A DNA stretch of 64,000 bases, counting the filler, from Basidiobolus ranarum (taxonomy: Eukaryota), in NCBI GenBank assembly GCA_040143965.1. It is 33 parts of 33 records of this genome, joined end to end, with 100 filler letters (N's around TTAATTAATTAA, not from the genome) between each part and the next. Parts side by side here need not be neighbours in the genome. Positions count along the whole stretch, not along the records: positions 50,622 to 52,460 come from JASJQH010011114.1; positions 52,561 to 54,397 come from JASJQH010011115.1; positions 54,498 to 56,334 come from JASJQH010011116.1; positions 56,435 to 58,269 come from JASJQH010011117.1; positions 58,370 to 60,204 come from JASJQH010011118.1; positions 60,305 to 62,138 come from JASJQH010011119.1; positions 62,239 to 64,000 come from JASJQH010011265.1; 26 more parts are not named here. One strand, 5' to 3'. This document shows positions 50,934 through 63,277 of the stretch, piece by piece. The notes below the pieces were generated by a model. That model saw only the letters and a program-made list of their open reading frames with translations, did not search any database and was not told the DNA's origin. Positions within the stretch are counted from its first letter, which is position 1; every line of letters begins with the position of its first letter. The translations under genes and the position numbers were made by a program.

Positions 50934-52105
50934 TCCTAACAAAAATTTGAGGATTGTTATCATAGGAAAACCATCACAATTTTAATCCATTTGTATTGAC
51001 CGTATGCTTACCATCATAAAATCATCAAGTTAGATCTTATTTTAATCAATTTTTTCGGTTTCAAGAGTGAAATTTCAAGATCTTGCAAAATAGTTGCACA
51101 TGATTGGCTACAATCTCAGTGAACTACGGATCAACACATGTGCAAAAAGCCTAACTCTTACTCTACACAATTACCACTTGAATGCTAATTTGTCACCCTT
51201 GAAATCACTAGTCTCCTTGATATATTCTTCTGAATATTTTTATAGAGTTCTTCATACCCAAGGTTTAACTCATACCCAACACAAGTTTGTATCAATATCT
51301 CCATCAAAGCCCACCATGTTGTAGAGACTAAATTCACTTGCTCCTTTGCTTCTTCCTTGGGTTTCCCAACTTCCGGCTTCTTGAGTACTTCTATACCTTC
51401 TTTTCTTTCTTTTCCAAGTCCACAATTGCCTGCATTTTTGAGATGTGTCATCAATGGGACTATACTGCCCCAATTATCATTTGCTTGCAAAAACCAGGAT
51501 AAGACCCATGAAATAGGTCAAGATCTTAAAGAGTACCACCTGGTTTTTGGTTCTTCCTCAATTAGGTCAAACCAAGGTGATTTTGTGCAAGATTCCATAT
51601 ATTTCAAAATGTTGAACTACTCATTATCAGAACTAGTGACAGAAGCTCTGACATGCAGAGTCTTGTGGTTAGCTGGTTTTCCTGTGATACTTGTACTTTC
51701 ATGTGCCCAAGCAATTTTGGGTTGTCGTGTAAGCTTCAATATCCAACACATATCTCATAGATTGATGAGGAAATTTCTGGTTTACATTTGAATCCAAAAA
51801 TGTCTATTTTGCCTTAACAAAAATAATTTTAATTTGATCTGGATCAAATCCAATTTTCTGGATGGCAAAACCATCAGAGAATCTTCACAATATTGGTGGC
51901 TTGTATTCTGTTAGGAATCTTATTGGGGAGATGATAGCATCTCATCTGTATTTTGATAATATTGTTACTTGATAAAATATTGATCCGCATATATGGCATG
52001 AATTAAGAAATTTCAAATACTTCATGAATGACAATTGCAGGGTCTACTGCTACAGGACTTTGAACCTATATGCATGCCATTAATTGGATGTCTTAGGGTT
52101 TGTAT
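50934..52105. mobile_element. CACTA-like end B (internally deleted accessory gene) and nested end A at 51812
   Basis: TCCTAACAAAAATTTGAGG at 50934; CCTTAACAAAAATAA at 51812. Confidence 0.78.
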
Positions 52106-52766
52106 TGTTGAAATTTTTGAAATTAGGTAAATAGCAACTAATTATTTAGTAGTTAGTTTATTCATATTCTGATTATTTAGTACTCAATTCTGTCATTCAA
52201 AAATTTGTGTTTATTGCTCTAAATGATAGAAATATCAATTAGATCACTTTTACTAATTTTCACTATTTTCTCAAAACTTCTCCAAATCACCTCAAATTTT
52301 CACCCATGCTTAACAGGCATGTTTGTTATGATTTAAGCACGTCCAATAATCCTATTTCGTAGTAAACTATAAATAGGACATATTCAATTCAATAAAACTT
52401 AAGTGTCTAATTCACAAATCCAAATCTTGTCCAAAACACTTCCAAATCCCCTAAACACTTNNNNNNNNNNNNNNNNNNNNNNNNNNNNNNNNNNNNNNNN
52501 NNNNTTAATTAATTAANNNNNNNNNNNNNNNNNNNNNNNNNNNNNNNNNNNNNNNNNNNNTCAGGAGTTTGTGTAATAAGATATAATAGATTAGTGGGGG
52601 TAATAAGACATACTTGTTATATAAATATAGAGATATTCCTATTTAGAATATAAGGGCTATAAATACATTGCTTTCTGTTTCTGATATATGTATCCTAACT
52701 AAAGTTAACTATGATGTTGAATAAAGATTAATTATCCAACAGAACCCCAAGCTTGCACTCTCTGTA

Positions 52767-54041
52767 ATGTCTACTTCACAAATTTATGGAACTTTTCCCT
52801 CCTCTGAAAAATTGCATAGAACCAATTATCAAGTTTGGAAAATTAAAATGAAAATGCTGCTACAAGATAAAGGACATTGGGACACTGTTGTAGGAGGAGA
52901 AAACAAAGCAAAACTATTTGAAACCAAAGTCTTGCTCCAGATTAAAGAAGAACAAAGTGCCTTTAACACAATTTGTCTTAATGTCAAAGACAAATTGCTA
53001 ATTCAATGTTCAAGAGCTAAAACTGCCAAGAAGGTATGGAAAGCCTAGGAAGACACCCACCAAACAAGTTCTGCTGCCAACAAGATGTTTCTAAGCAGAC
53101 AATTCTTCAACCTAAAGATGGAGCCAGGAGAAGACATTAAATCACTAATTAATAAAGTCACTATTTTGATGGATGAGATGGAATGCTTTGGAGAACCTAT
53201 CACTGATCAAGATATCATACTTACCATCCTGAATAGCCTGCCACACAAGTCTCAGAGCCTAGTAATGGCTTTAGAATTAAGAACTGAAAATTTGGCCTTA
53301 AATTATGTATTTGGCAGACTTCTGGATGAAGATTTATGGAAGTTAGAATACAACCAAAAGAATGAAGAAAATACTTTTCTAGGCTATGGGAAATCTTCCT
53401 ATAAAAGTCAAAAGCACTTTAAGAAGAATAGTAACACATTCTGTGATTACTGTGAGAGGACTGGCCATTTAAGCAAAGATTGCTCTAAAAGGTTTGCAAA
53501 AGAAGAAAAATATAGTGAGTCTGAGAATGAGGTTACAACAGAAGCTCACCTGTTCATATCTGCTCTATCAATGACTACAAACAAGAATTCTCGCATGTGG
53601 TACATTGATTCTGGAGCCTCCCAACATTTCACAAATGAAAAACATTGGTTTGTGGATTATGAAGAAATCCCAATTAGAAACATTTTCATGGGAGATGACC
53701 ACACATTGGATGCTATTGGAATGGGAACAATTCAAGTCAATTTAACTGGAGCTTCTGAAGAGAAAGTGTAAACTTTTAAGAATGAACTACATGTTCTAAA
53801 TATTGCCAAGAATTTAATATCTGTATGCAAGGCCACCTCAGAAGGGCTAAAACCCAATTTTTGATAAGTCAGGACGCACCATCACTGATTTAAATGGGAA
53901 TTATTTAGCTTTGGGAGAAAAGGATCAGAACTTATACAAACTTACATTTAATCCAAGAGGTTTAGGTGTAAAAATATGTTATTCAATTGACAAACAATTC
54001 AAATATGGCATAAAAGACTTGGCCATATTGAATTTGATTGT
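52767..54041 (+). mobile_element. Copia-A gag-protease-pre-integrase
   Basis: EKLHRTNYQVWKIKM, CDYCERTGHLSKDC, WYIDSGASQH; stop at 53046; interrupted by LTR3 (54042), itself interrupted by LTR2 (54125). Confidence 0.95.
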
Positions 54042-54497
54042 TGTTGGATAATTTATGTTTATTCAACATCATAGTTAACTTTGGTTATGATACATAAATC
54101 AGTAACAGAAAGCAATGTATCTATTGTTGAAGTTTATTGTCTTTATCATATATATTATCCCTATCTTTATACACCTAACTATTTCATATATCACATATTA
54201 GTTAGTCAACATTATTTAGTCAAATATCACTTAGCTGCAAATCGGAACATATATTATATATATATGTGAATTATGTGAGAATTAGCAATTACATATTGGA
54301 AATTTCAAACTCGTCCAAATTGCCCCAAAGATAGCTCATTTTACTCCCACAGATGTTCTGAACACAACCCCAGTGTTAGTTTTCTGTATTTCCACCANNN
54401 NNNNNNNNNNNNNNNNNNNNNNNNNNNNNNNNNNNNNNNNNTTAATTAATTAANNNNNNNNNNNNNNNNNNNNNNNNNNNNNNNNNNNNNNNNNNNN

Positions 54498-55457
54498 GAG
54501 TTATGTGCCAAAATCTTCAAAATTATGGATCTGATCAAATCATAGCGGTTAGGCAGATTTTGAGATATTTGAAAGGTCCTGTGGATCTATGCTTAAAATA
54601 CACATATTCTGGATCAAATTTTGATCTGATGGGATATTCAGATGCATATTGGGGAAGAGATATTGAAGACAGGAGATCTACAACTGGATACTTGTTTCTT
54701 TGCTGTAAAAGAGCTATATCTTGGAATTCAAGGAAACAACCTACTGTAGCACTTTCAACAACAGAAGCTGAATATATGGCTGCCTGTGAAGCAGCAAAAG
54801 AAGCAATATGGTTAAGAAAACTCTTAACAGATTTGAGTTATTCTCAAAATTCACCAACTACAATAATTCAAGAAAATAAAAGTTGGATCAAATTAGCTAA
54901 AAATCCCATGTTTCATAATAGAAGCAAAAATATAGATATTAAGCATCACTTCATTAGAGAGACTATGGAGAAAAAGTTTATTGACTTAACTTATTGTTCT
55001 ACAGAAGATATGATTGCTGATATTTTAACCAAACCATTAGCTAGACAGAAATTTGAGAAATTTAGACCTTTATAGGATTAGTTTCTATGACTATTTAGTT
55101 GAGGGAGAGTGCTGAAATTAGCATTGCCTAAACACCTATATAGTCATATATAGTTTAGTACTTGGTTATCTTATAATTCACTAAGATATTATCAATTATT
55201 CTAAATCGGAATTTACTTAGAATATATTTACCAACTTAGAAGTTTTCAGATATATAGATTTTTCAAACTTGAGCTAGAAGCCCAAAACTTTGCACACATG
55301 TTCCTGGGACCTTCCTGAACACATCCTACACATTAGTTTGTTTATATCTTGACAAAACTATCAATGTCAACTTTTTACTCAATAAATGAATAAGTGAACA
55401 TCTCCAATTCCTCTAATTCTTCAAACCACTTCCAACAGGCTCTCAAATACTTGAACA
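54498..55457 (+). mobile_element. Copia-A RNase H, PPT and complete 3' LTR1 (55110-55457)
   Basis: GYSDAYWG, RRSTTGY, VALSTTEAEYMA, ADILTKPL; LTR ends TTGAACA. Confidence 0.96.
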
Positions 55458-55976
55458 GTTTCTTGCTATTCCAAGATATGGCTGCACCACTGTAGGGAAA
55501 GGTATATCCCATGATAGATCTTCTGTCCTCTATATTACAACCCCAATCTGCATCACTTAACCCAATTAGATCCTCATACTCATAAGAATATGTGTAGCTT
55601 AATCCCATATGAATTGTTCCCTTCAAATATCTGAAAATCCACTTAACTGCCACAAAATGTTCAGATCCTGGGTTTTGCACATGTTGGCTGACTACTCCCA
55701 CTGCAAAAGCAATATCTGGCCAGGTTCCAGTCATAACATAGATCAAACTACTTACCATAGATTGATAAGGGAACTCAGGGCTTTCAAAAGATATATTTTG
55801 AGCCATATTCAGCAAATTTTCAGCATTTTTGATGGGATTTTTGACTAGTTTTGCACCTGGCTCCATGAGAGTTGCTACTGGCTAACAATTCTCCATCCTG
55901 TAATGTCTGAGAAGGTCTGAGATGTATTTAGATTGATTCAGAGTAGTATATTTGCGCAATATATCTGTATGGATCT
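55458..55976 (-). mobile_element. Copia-B RT fragment
   Basis: PYQSMVSSL, PDIAFAV, RYLKGT, SDADWG. Confidence 0.92.
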
Positions 55977-56334
55977 CCGTAACAAAAATAAAATTGATTT
56001 GATCCGGATCAGATCTACCCTCAAAAATAGCAAAACCATCAGAGAACCATCACAATATTGTTTGCTTGCATTCTGTCAGGGATTTTGATGGTGTGATGGT
56101 GGTTTCTTGATGGTATCTTAATGGTATTCATACATGTTAAAATATTGAACCTCAAATTGGGCATGCATTATTCAATATCCAGCAATTTTTGCAAAAATAT
56201 AATTTTCAAATGGCAAATTACTGGGTTTACTGCTGTAGGAATTTGAATTAATATGCATGCATTTATTTAGATATTTTTGGCTTAGTATTCCAGCCATAAT
56301 GAGAATCAAAAGATACAAGAATCTTGTTGTGTTT
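55977..56334 (-). mobile_element. CACTA-like end A
   Basis: CCGTAACAAAAATAAAATTGATTTGATCCGGATC. Confidence 0.82.
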
Positions 56335-56434
56335 NNNNNNNNNNNNNNNNNNNNNNNNNNNNNNNNNNNNNNNNNNNNTTAATTAATTAANNNNNNNNNN
56401 NNNNNNNNNNNNNNNNNNNNNNNNNNNNNNNNNN

Positions 56435-56650
56435 TCTGCACTTAATTAACTTCTGATTTTTGGTATCAAACAGTCTGTAGGCCTTGGATCCATCACAGTA
56501 ACCAAGAAATATACATCTTCTGCTTTTGGGTTCCAATTTTGAGCGTTTTTGAGCTGGAATTAGGCAATATGTTGTGCAACCAAAGATCCCAAGATGATCC
56601 ACACTTGGTTTTGATCTGTATAGGGCTTCAAATGGAGTAGAATTTTGTGC
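56435..56650 (-). mobile_element. Copia integrase C-terminal fragment
   Basis: TPFEAL..KPSVDHLGIFGC..RSKLEPKSRRCIFLGY. Confidence 0.9.
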
Positions 56651-58269
56651 TTTGCCCCTTGAGTACTTCTTTATCTGTTTTTCTTTCTTTTCCAAGTTGA
56701 CAATTGCATATGTTTTTGAGATGTTTCATGAATTGTCCTATACTGGCCCAATTGCCATTTGCTTGCAAAACTCTAGGATAAGCCACATGAAAGAAGTCGA
56801 GAACCTTCAGAGTAACTTCTGGTTATTGGTTTCTCCAAAATTGGTTCAAATCCAGGTGATTTTGGGCAAGATAACTCACAGTTTCCAAAATGTTAAACCA
56901 CTCATAATCAGAGCAAGTGATGGCAGCTCTGACATTCAGAGTCTTTTCAGTTGCTGGTTTTCCTATGCAATTTCTACCTTCATGTGCCCAAGTAATTTTG
57001 GGTTATTTTGTGCGCTTAATGGTCTAACTCATATTATGCTCAGCTAGATTGTCTTGGTGATATTCATATGTATGGTGTGGGATTGATTGAAATCCCGTAC
57101 AAGAATGGATGGAGGGAGCAGCATGTTGCTGTAGCTCAGGTAGAGCATTCTGAAGGTCTTGTATCATTGTTGAGTGACTCTCTAATTGTTGACTAGTTGC
57201 ATCCAAACACTGCATTAATTGCAATATTGTGGCATTATTGCTTGTCATGGCATGTATAGCTACTTTGTAGTTCTTGCTTATAATTGTGCACAAATCATTA
57301 TGGTGTTCTGCCTACAATCCCCTTGCTGTAATATTTCTATCCAAATTTTCTACAGAGGGTTGTTCATTAGTGGGCAAAGTAGCCATGTTGGATGTTGATG
57401 GTCTTGATGGTGTTTTGGTTGAACTGTGCTTAACTATTGATTTACTATGTAATTAGGGGACTACAATCTCTTCACTAGCACTATTGCTGGAAAGGAACAC
57501 ATCTGGTATATTGATTAATGCTTCATCATTACTTGAGTTAGTTTTGGGCATGTTGATGACTTTCAGAGTGGATAGTGGATTGCTAGAGTGCTCATTAATT
57601 AAGTCCTCTGTTCTTGCTGGTTTTTTTCCTTTTGTGCCAGCAGGCTTTGACTTGGAAGCTGATTTTGTTGTAGATTTTCAATGCTTTTTGAATGGCATTA
57701 AAACCTTCAGATGGTCAACTTGGTGTAATAAAATTGCTTATAAATAGCTTATAATAAACCAAAATTGTCATTCATTACCACAAATATCTTGTAAATACCC
57801 TGATGACTCATCTGCAACACCTTCTCAGAATCAGCTGATGGGCTATACCTAAAATACCACCTTTATGTAGGTGGTGTTCATTTTTCTACAATATCCTTTG
57901 CATGCCACAACATAAGTGTTTAATGAAGCCCTGCTATACTTCTCCCAAATTCTTTTTCTATGAAAGCCAGAGGCTTCATAGAAAACATAATAACAAGCAT
58001 GCTCACTGTATAAAGCCACCAGCTGCACAAAGCCTGGTGTATAACAGCAGTATTGAGTGCACTACTTTGACTTTAGTTTTGCCCATTGAGTCCACAGACT
58101 GTACTTTGCCTCAAAATTTTGGTAAAACTGCTAAAAGTCAACATACCACGGAGTTACCACAGTTACATGACCAGAATGAAGTAGATCAAAATGCAACTTT
58201 GGTCAAACCAGTAAGTCCAGACAACTTTGAAGACTTGCTGCTAGATGTTGACCTTGGTTATTCCAGTAC
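56651..58269. mobile_element. CACTA-like central region: accessory gene (-) and transposase 5' ORF (+, from 57902), head to head
   Basis: 57902 ORF is homologous to 14697-15356; minus-strand ORFs are homologous to 4682-5566. Confidence 0.8.
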
Positions 58270-58433
58270 NNNNNNNNNNNNNNNNNNNNNNNNNNNNNNN
58301 NNNNNNNNNNNNNTTAATTAATTAANNNNNNNNNNNNNNNNNNNNNNNNNNNNNNNNNNNNNNNNNNNNTTAAATGTTGGAATAATAGTAATCTCCTTTT
58401 GGGAAGAAGACTCTAATTCACTTGTTGCTACCA

Positions 58434-58751
58434 TGTCAGAGGACCTTGACATAATGGGGGTAGACTTTGCATATTAGAAGCAACTTATGATAGTGTGTTT
58501 TAGTTACTTTATTCTTAAGAGTTTTTGGTGACTTATATAGTAACAAAGTAAATCAATTGTTTGAGATATTCAGGAGTTTGTATAATAAGATATAATAGAT
58601 AAGTGGGGGGTAGTAAGACATACTTGTTATATAGATATAGAGATATTCCAATTTAGAATATAGGGGTTATAGATAGGTTGCTTTCTGTTTTTGATATATA
58701 TTTCATAATAAAAGTTAACTATGTTGTTGAATAAGGATTTATTATCCAACA
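58434..58751 (-). repeat. LTR3 full-length copy
   Basis: Matches 3450-3766. Confidence 0.88.
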
Positions 58752-58958
58752 AGAACACTTCGTATTTCACAACAAAAATTTATTGAACATGTTTTAAACA
58801 TATTCAATATATCAGAATGTAAAACAGCTACCAATTCTACTAGATATGATGAGGCTCACTAAGGATATGGAACCAAAGACCTCTCAAGATATTGAAATCA
58901 TCAAACATATTCCTTACCATAGTGCAGTTGGAAATCTCATATATGCAACAACTGGTAC

Positions 58959-60204
58959 TGTTGAAGTTCATTGTCTTTATCATATTTGTTATCTCTATCT
59001 TTATACACCCAACTATTTCATATATTATATATGAGTTAGTTAACATTACATAGTTAAATATCACTAAGCTGAAAATCAGAACATATATTATATATATATG
59101 TGAATAATGTGAGAATTAGCAAATCCATATTGGAAATATCAAACTCATCCAAATTGCCCCAAAGAGAGCTCATTTTACTCCCACAGATGTTCTGAACACA
59201 ACCCTAGTGTTAGTTTTCTGTATTTCCACCAAAATGTATAAATGCTTGATTTCTGGACAATAAACAATTTTCTCACAAAGCTATTCACAACTCCACTTTT
59301 CTAAATTACCCCCAAACAGCCCATATTTTCCCAATAGATTATGAGCCCCACATTCTAACCTTTACTGCATGAAAGAAACCACTACTACCACTTTTGTTAA
59401 CTCAAGTGTTCAAAAGCTTGATGGAGAAAATGACAATTTCTGGAAGTTCAAGATGCAAATCATGCTGGAAGACAGGGAGCTTTGGGATGTAGTCTCTGGA
59501 GATGAAAAGGAACCTTATGACGCTTCTTTATTGGAAGCTTACAAGAAATGAGACAAGAAGGCTTTTAATGTCATTCATGAAAGTTTGAAGGATTCACAAC
59601 TTGTGAATATTCAATATGCAAAGACTTCCCATCAAGCTTGGACTATATTGGAAGAGTGTTATGAAGCAAAGAGTGTTGCTAATATACTCTTTCTCAGTCA
59701 AACTTCTTCAATATAAAGATGCAAAAGTCTGAAATCATGGTTACTCATATTACAAATGTGAGATCTTTGGCAAAACAACTGGAAAATATTGGTGCAACTT
59801 TACAGGAAGAAGATGTCATTATGACTCTTCTAAGTAGTCTACCAGAGCAGTACTCAAGCTTTGTCATAGCTATGAAAGCAAGATCTGACAAGTTGTCTTT
59901 GGAGTTTGTGGTGGCAAGGCTAATGGATCAACATCTCAGAAGTAAGGATTTGGAAAAAGAATCTGAGGAAGTTGCTCTTTTTGGAGCTGGAAAACATAAC
60001 TTTGGCAAGTGCAAAGGTTACAAAACAAGGAAACCATGTTTATGCTATGGTTGTAACAAACCAGGACACCAGTTAAAAGATTGCAAATCAAGAAATTACA
60101 ACAAAAATGAGAAGTCAGAACAAGCAAAGCAGGTTTCAACCAAAGAGGAAGTTTTGTTCATTTTTGCCCTACCAGTGACCTCTGAACAAGACTGTAGGTC
60201 ATGG
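58959..60204 (+). mobile_element. Copia-B 5' LTR2 (58959-59336), PBS (59337-59348) and gag
   Basis: PBS GATTATGAGCCC resembles the copia-type GGTTATGGGCCC; gag KLDGENDNFWKFKM, LLSSLP, CYGCNKPGHQLKDC. Confidence 0.93.
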
Positions 60205-60304
60205 NNNNNNNNNNNNNNNNNNNNNNNNNNNNNNNNNNNNNNNNNNNNTTAATTAATTAANNNNNNNNNNNNNNNNNNNNNNNNNNNNNNNNNNNNNNNN
60301 NNNN

Positions 60305-62138
60305 GCTTCAGAAATATAATCACCCATCAGAACCCCATATGATAACTGTTCAAATTCTGTCAAGAAAGGCTCCAAGAAGCTATCTATATGCACTGGTGAT
60401 TTTGGTCCAGCTATGATGTATAGTATCAAAATATTGTGACTCTTATATCATTCAGAAGGAGGCAGATCTAAATTAATCAAAATTATTAGCCAGCAAGCCT
60501 TACCAATGGTGTATTTGTTTGGTGAAAAACCATCCAGAGCCAACGCAAGTGCATGAGCATACATGTTTGTCAAGAAGCCTTGAACTTCTTAAATTCTGGT
60601 AGTGATATTAATAAGTATATTGGTAAAACCATCAGCTGTATGTTGAGTACTTTGGTAATGGATCAATGATCTATATTTGGGTGATTTCATCAAAACTTTA
60701 AGATGTGCAATCAGCAGTATGTAAGCCAAATATGAAAGATAAATACCTGATTCAGAGAATGCCAATTGTGTGTAAACCGTACATGACTTCAACTGTTTCG
60801 GATCACTGGTGATAGCCAAACAACCATTTGGACATGAATGTAGTTTAATTACTAAAGAATTATAAGTCACACAATTGACAAGTGTTTTCTACTTGTACCA
60901 GGTCTGTGGCAAGCTACATTTGCTAATCAACTGTGGTAAAAGTGTAAGGAAATCAATAAACACCCCCTAACAAAATAAAATTAATTTGATCCCGATTGGA
61001 TCCACCCTTTTGAATTGCAAAACCAACAGAGAACCATCAAAATATTGGTGGCTTGCATGCTGCCAGGGATTATAATGCTAAGGTGGCAGCTTCTTGATGG
61101 TGTTTTGACAATAGTCATATATAGCAAAATATTGATCCTCATGTTTGGCATGTTTTATTTAATTTCTGACAGTTGTTACAAAAAACTAATTTTCAAACAG
61201 CAAATTGCTGGGTTCACCACTGTAGGAATTTGAATAAATATGCATGCCTTCATATTGATGTTTTAGGCTCTGTATTCCGCCATAATGAGAATCAAAAAAT
61301 GCAAGAATCTTGCTGTGCTTAGTCTCTACATATGCATATACTTGACTAATCAGACATTACTCAAGTATATAAATATGCTTTATCAGCAAACTCACATTTG
61401 AACAATTGCTAAACATCTGAAATTTTGAATATCAGTTACACTTGGAAAATAGCTGACTACTGTTACCAATCAAAATCAGAAATGCTTCTGGATTTTGGCA
61501 AATTTCCATAAAGAATTCAGCCAAAATATTACCAACTTGCAGTCAACAGATGTCCTGCAACAACTAGATGTGTCATTGCTTGAATAGACTACCCCATGCC
61601 CTAACAAAAATAAGATTGATTTGATCCGGATTAGATCCACACTCCAAAATTGCAAAACTGTCAGTGAACCATCACAAAATTGGTGGCTTGCATTTTGCCA
61701 GGGATTTTGATGGTGTGACGGTGGTATCTTGCTGTATTTTGAAGGTATTCATACATGTTACAATATTGATCCTCAAATTTAGGATGTGTTATTCAATATC
61801 AGGCAATTTTTGCAAAAATCTAATTTCAAATGGCAAATCACGGGGTTTTCTGCTGTAGGAATTTGAGTTAATATGCATGCCTTTAGTTAAATGTTTTAGG
61901 CTTTATATTCCAGCCATAATGAGAATCAAAAAATACAGGAATCTTGTTGTGTTTAGTCTCTACATATGGACATACTTGACTGATTAGACATAACTCAACA
62001 ATATCAATATGCTTTGCCAGTAAACTAATGGACTTGTTCTCTGTGATAGTGCCAGATTGTGCTGTATATATCATATTGGATAAAGTATTCTAAAATTTAT
62101 GCGGCTCAATTTGGCACTATCCGTCACTGTCATGCTTC
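60305..62138 (-). mobile_element. Three nested CACTA-like copies (end A at 60965 and 61599)
   Basis: Transposase remnant 60305-60964, then two CCCTAACAAAA termini. Confidence 0.85.
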
Positions 62139-63277
62139 NNNNNNNNNNNNNNNNNNNNNNNNNNNNNNNNNNNNNNNNNNNNTTAATTAATTAANNNNNN
62201 NNNNNNNNNNNNNNNNNNNNNNNNNNNNNNNNNNNNNNCTGCGCCAGATGGCGGACAAGCAGGCTGGAGCTAGTGGCAGGATCTGACCTGGGCTGATGGA
62301 ACAAGTCTAGTATTGCCAAATTAAGATTTTGGTTAACTGACAAAGCAAGTTCATCCACAAGCTTGTAACTCACAAATTACTGAATATGAGACCATAAACA
62401 ATATATACTGGTACTTACCCAATCAAATGAATAACCAAGACATTCACATGTTTTTTGGTCAATCATTTGTCCCTCAATAACACAGTTTCCTGATTTTCAA
62501 TCAGGCCTGATGGCTCCTGCATTACAAAACACCAGTAGTTTTGGCACACTGGTGACAAATCACAGCACTCAAAGATGGATTGATCTGCAGTATGAGAGTA
62601 GTGATCAGGATCACTTGATTCATCATTTTTAGATCAGCAAATTGTTCATTTATTCATGTAAGATTCTAATTGGGTGAGAATGTGAATGGATTGAGCCATA
62701 TTGAGCCAATATGGCTGCACAGACTTTATGTTTACAGACATTTTTCATTTAATTGTTGTGAAATCACTTGTATTAATTGGCTATCATTGATTTTTTTTGA
62801 TATATGACAATTCCATGCTATCAGTGTTTCATAAAGACATAAGCAAATGTGATGTAAGTAAAGTGATTTATGATATATTTAACTGCAATCCATATCTATT
62901 TTGCATGCTGCACTAATCAGTAAAGACAGGATAATGTAAGTATTAACAAGTGTATTCAGCAGTTGCCTAGGTTTGAAGCAGTACATACTGATTTGCTTCT
63001 GTTACTTTTGTATTCTTCTTGATATTTCCATGGAAGGAACTTTGCTTGAATCTCTGCACTGAGTTGGCCAGTTGGATCCTGCTGAAGTTCCTCTATCTAG
63101 GCCAGCTTGAGTTGTGGCTTGAGGTTGATGTGCTGTGGTATATGTTGGCTTGTTTGGTCTAGTTGGCAGTTTGTTTGCATCTATAGTAACTTCTTCTGAT
63201 GTGGAGCCTTCACTTAATGGGTCAACCAGCCATTGCTGCTGGCACGCAGCTCTACGCATTGACCCAGAATGTCTCAC

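Noticed and set aside
62240-63277. CpG-poor stretch with a 91-aa ORF
   Set aside because: Probably TE-derived, but no homolog in the window and no motif to classify it
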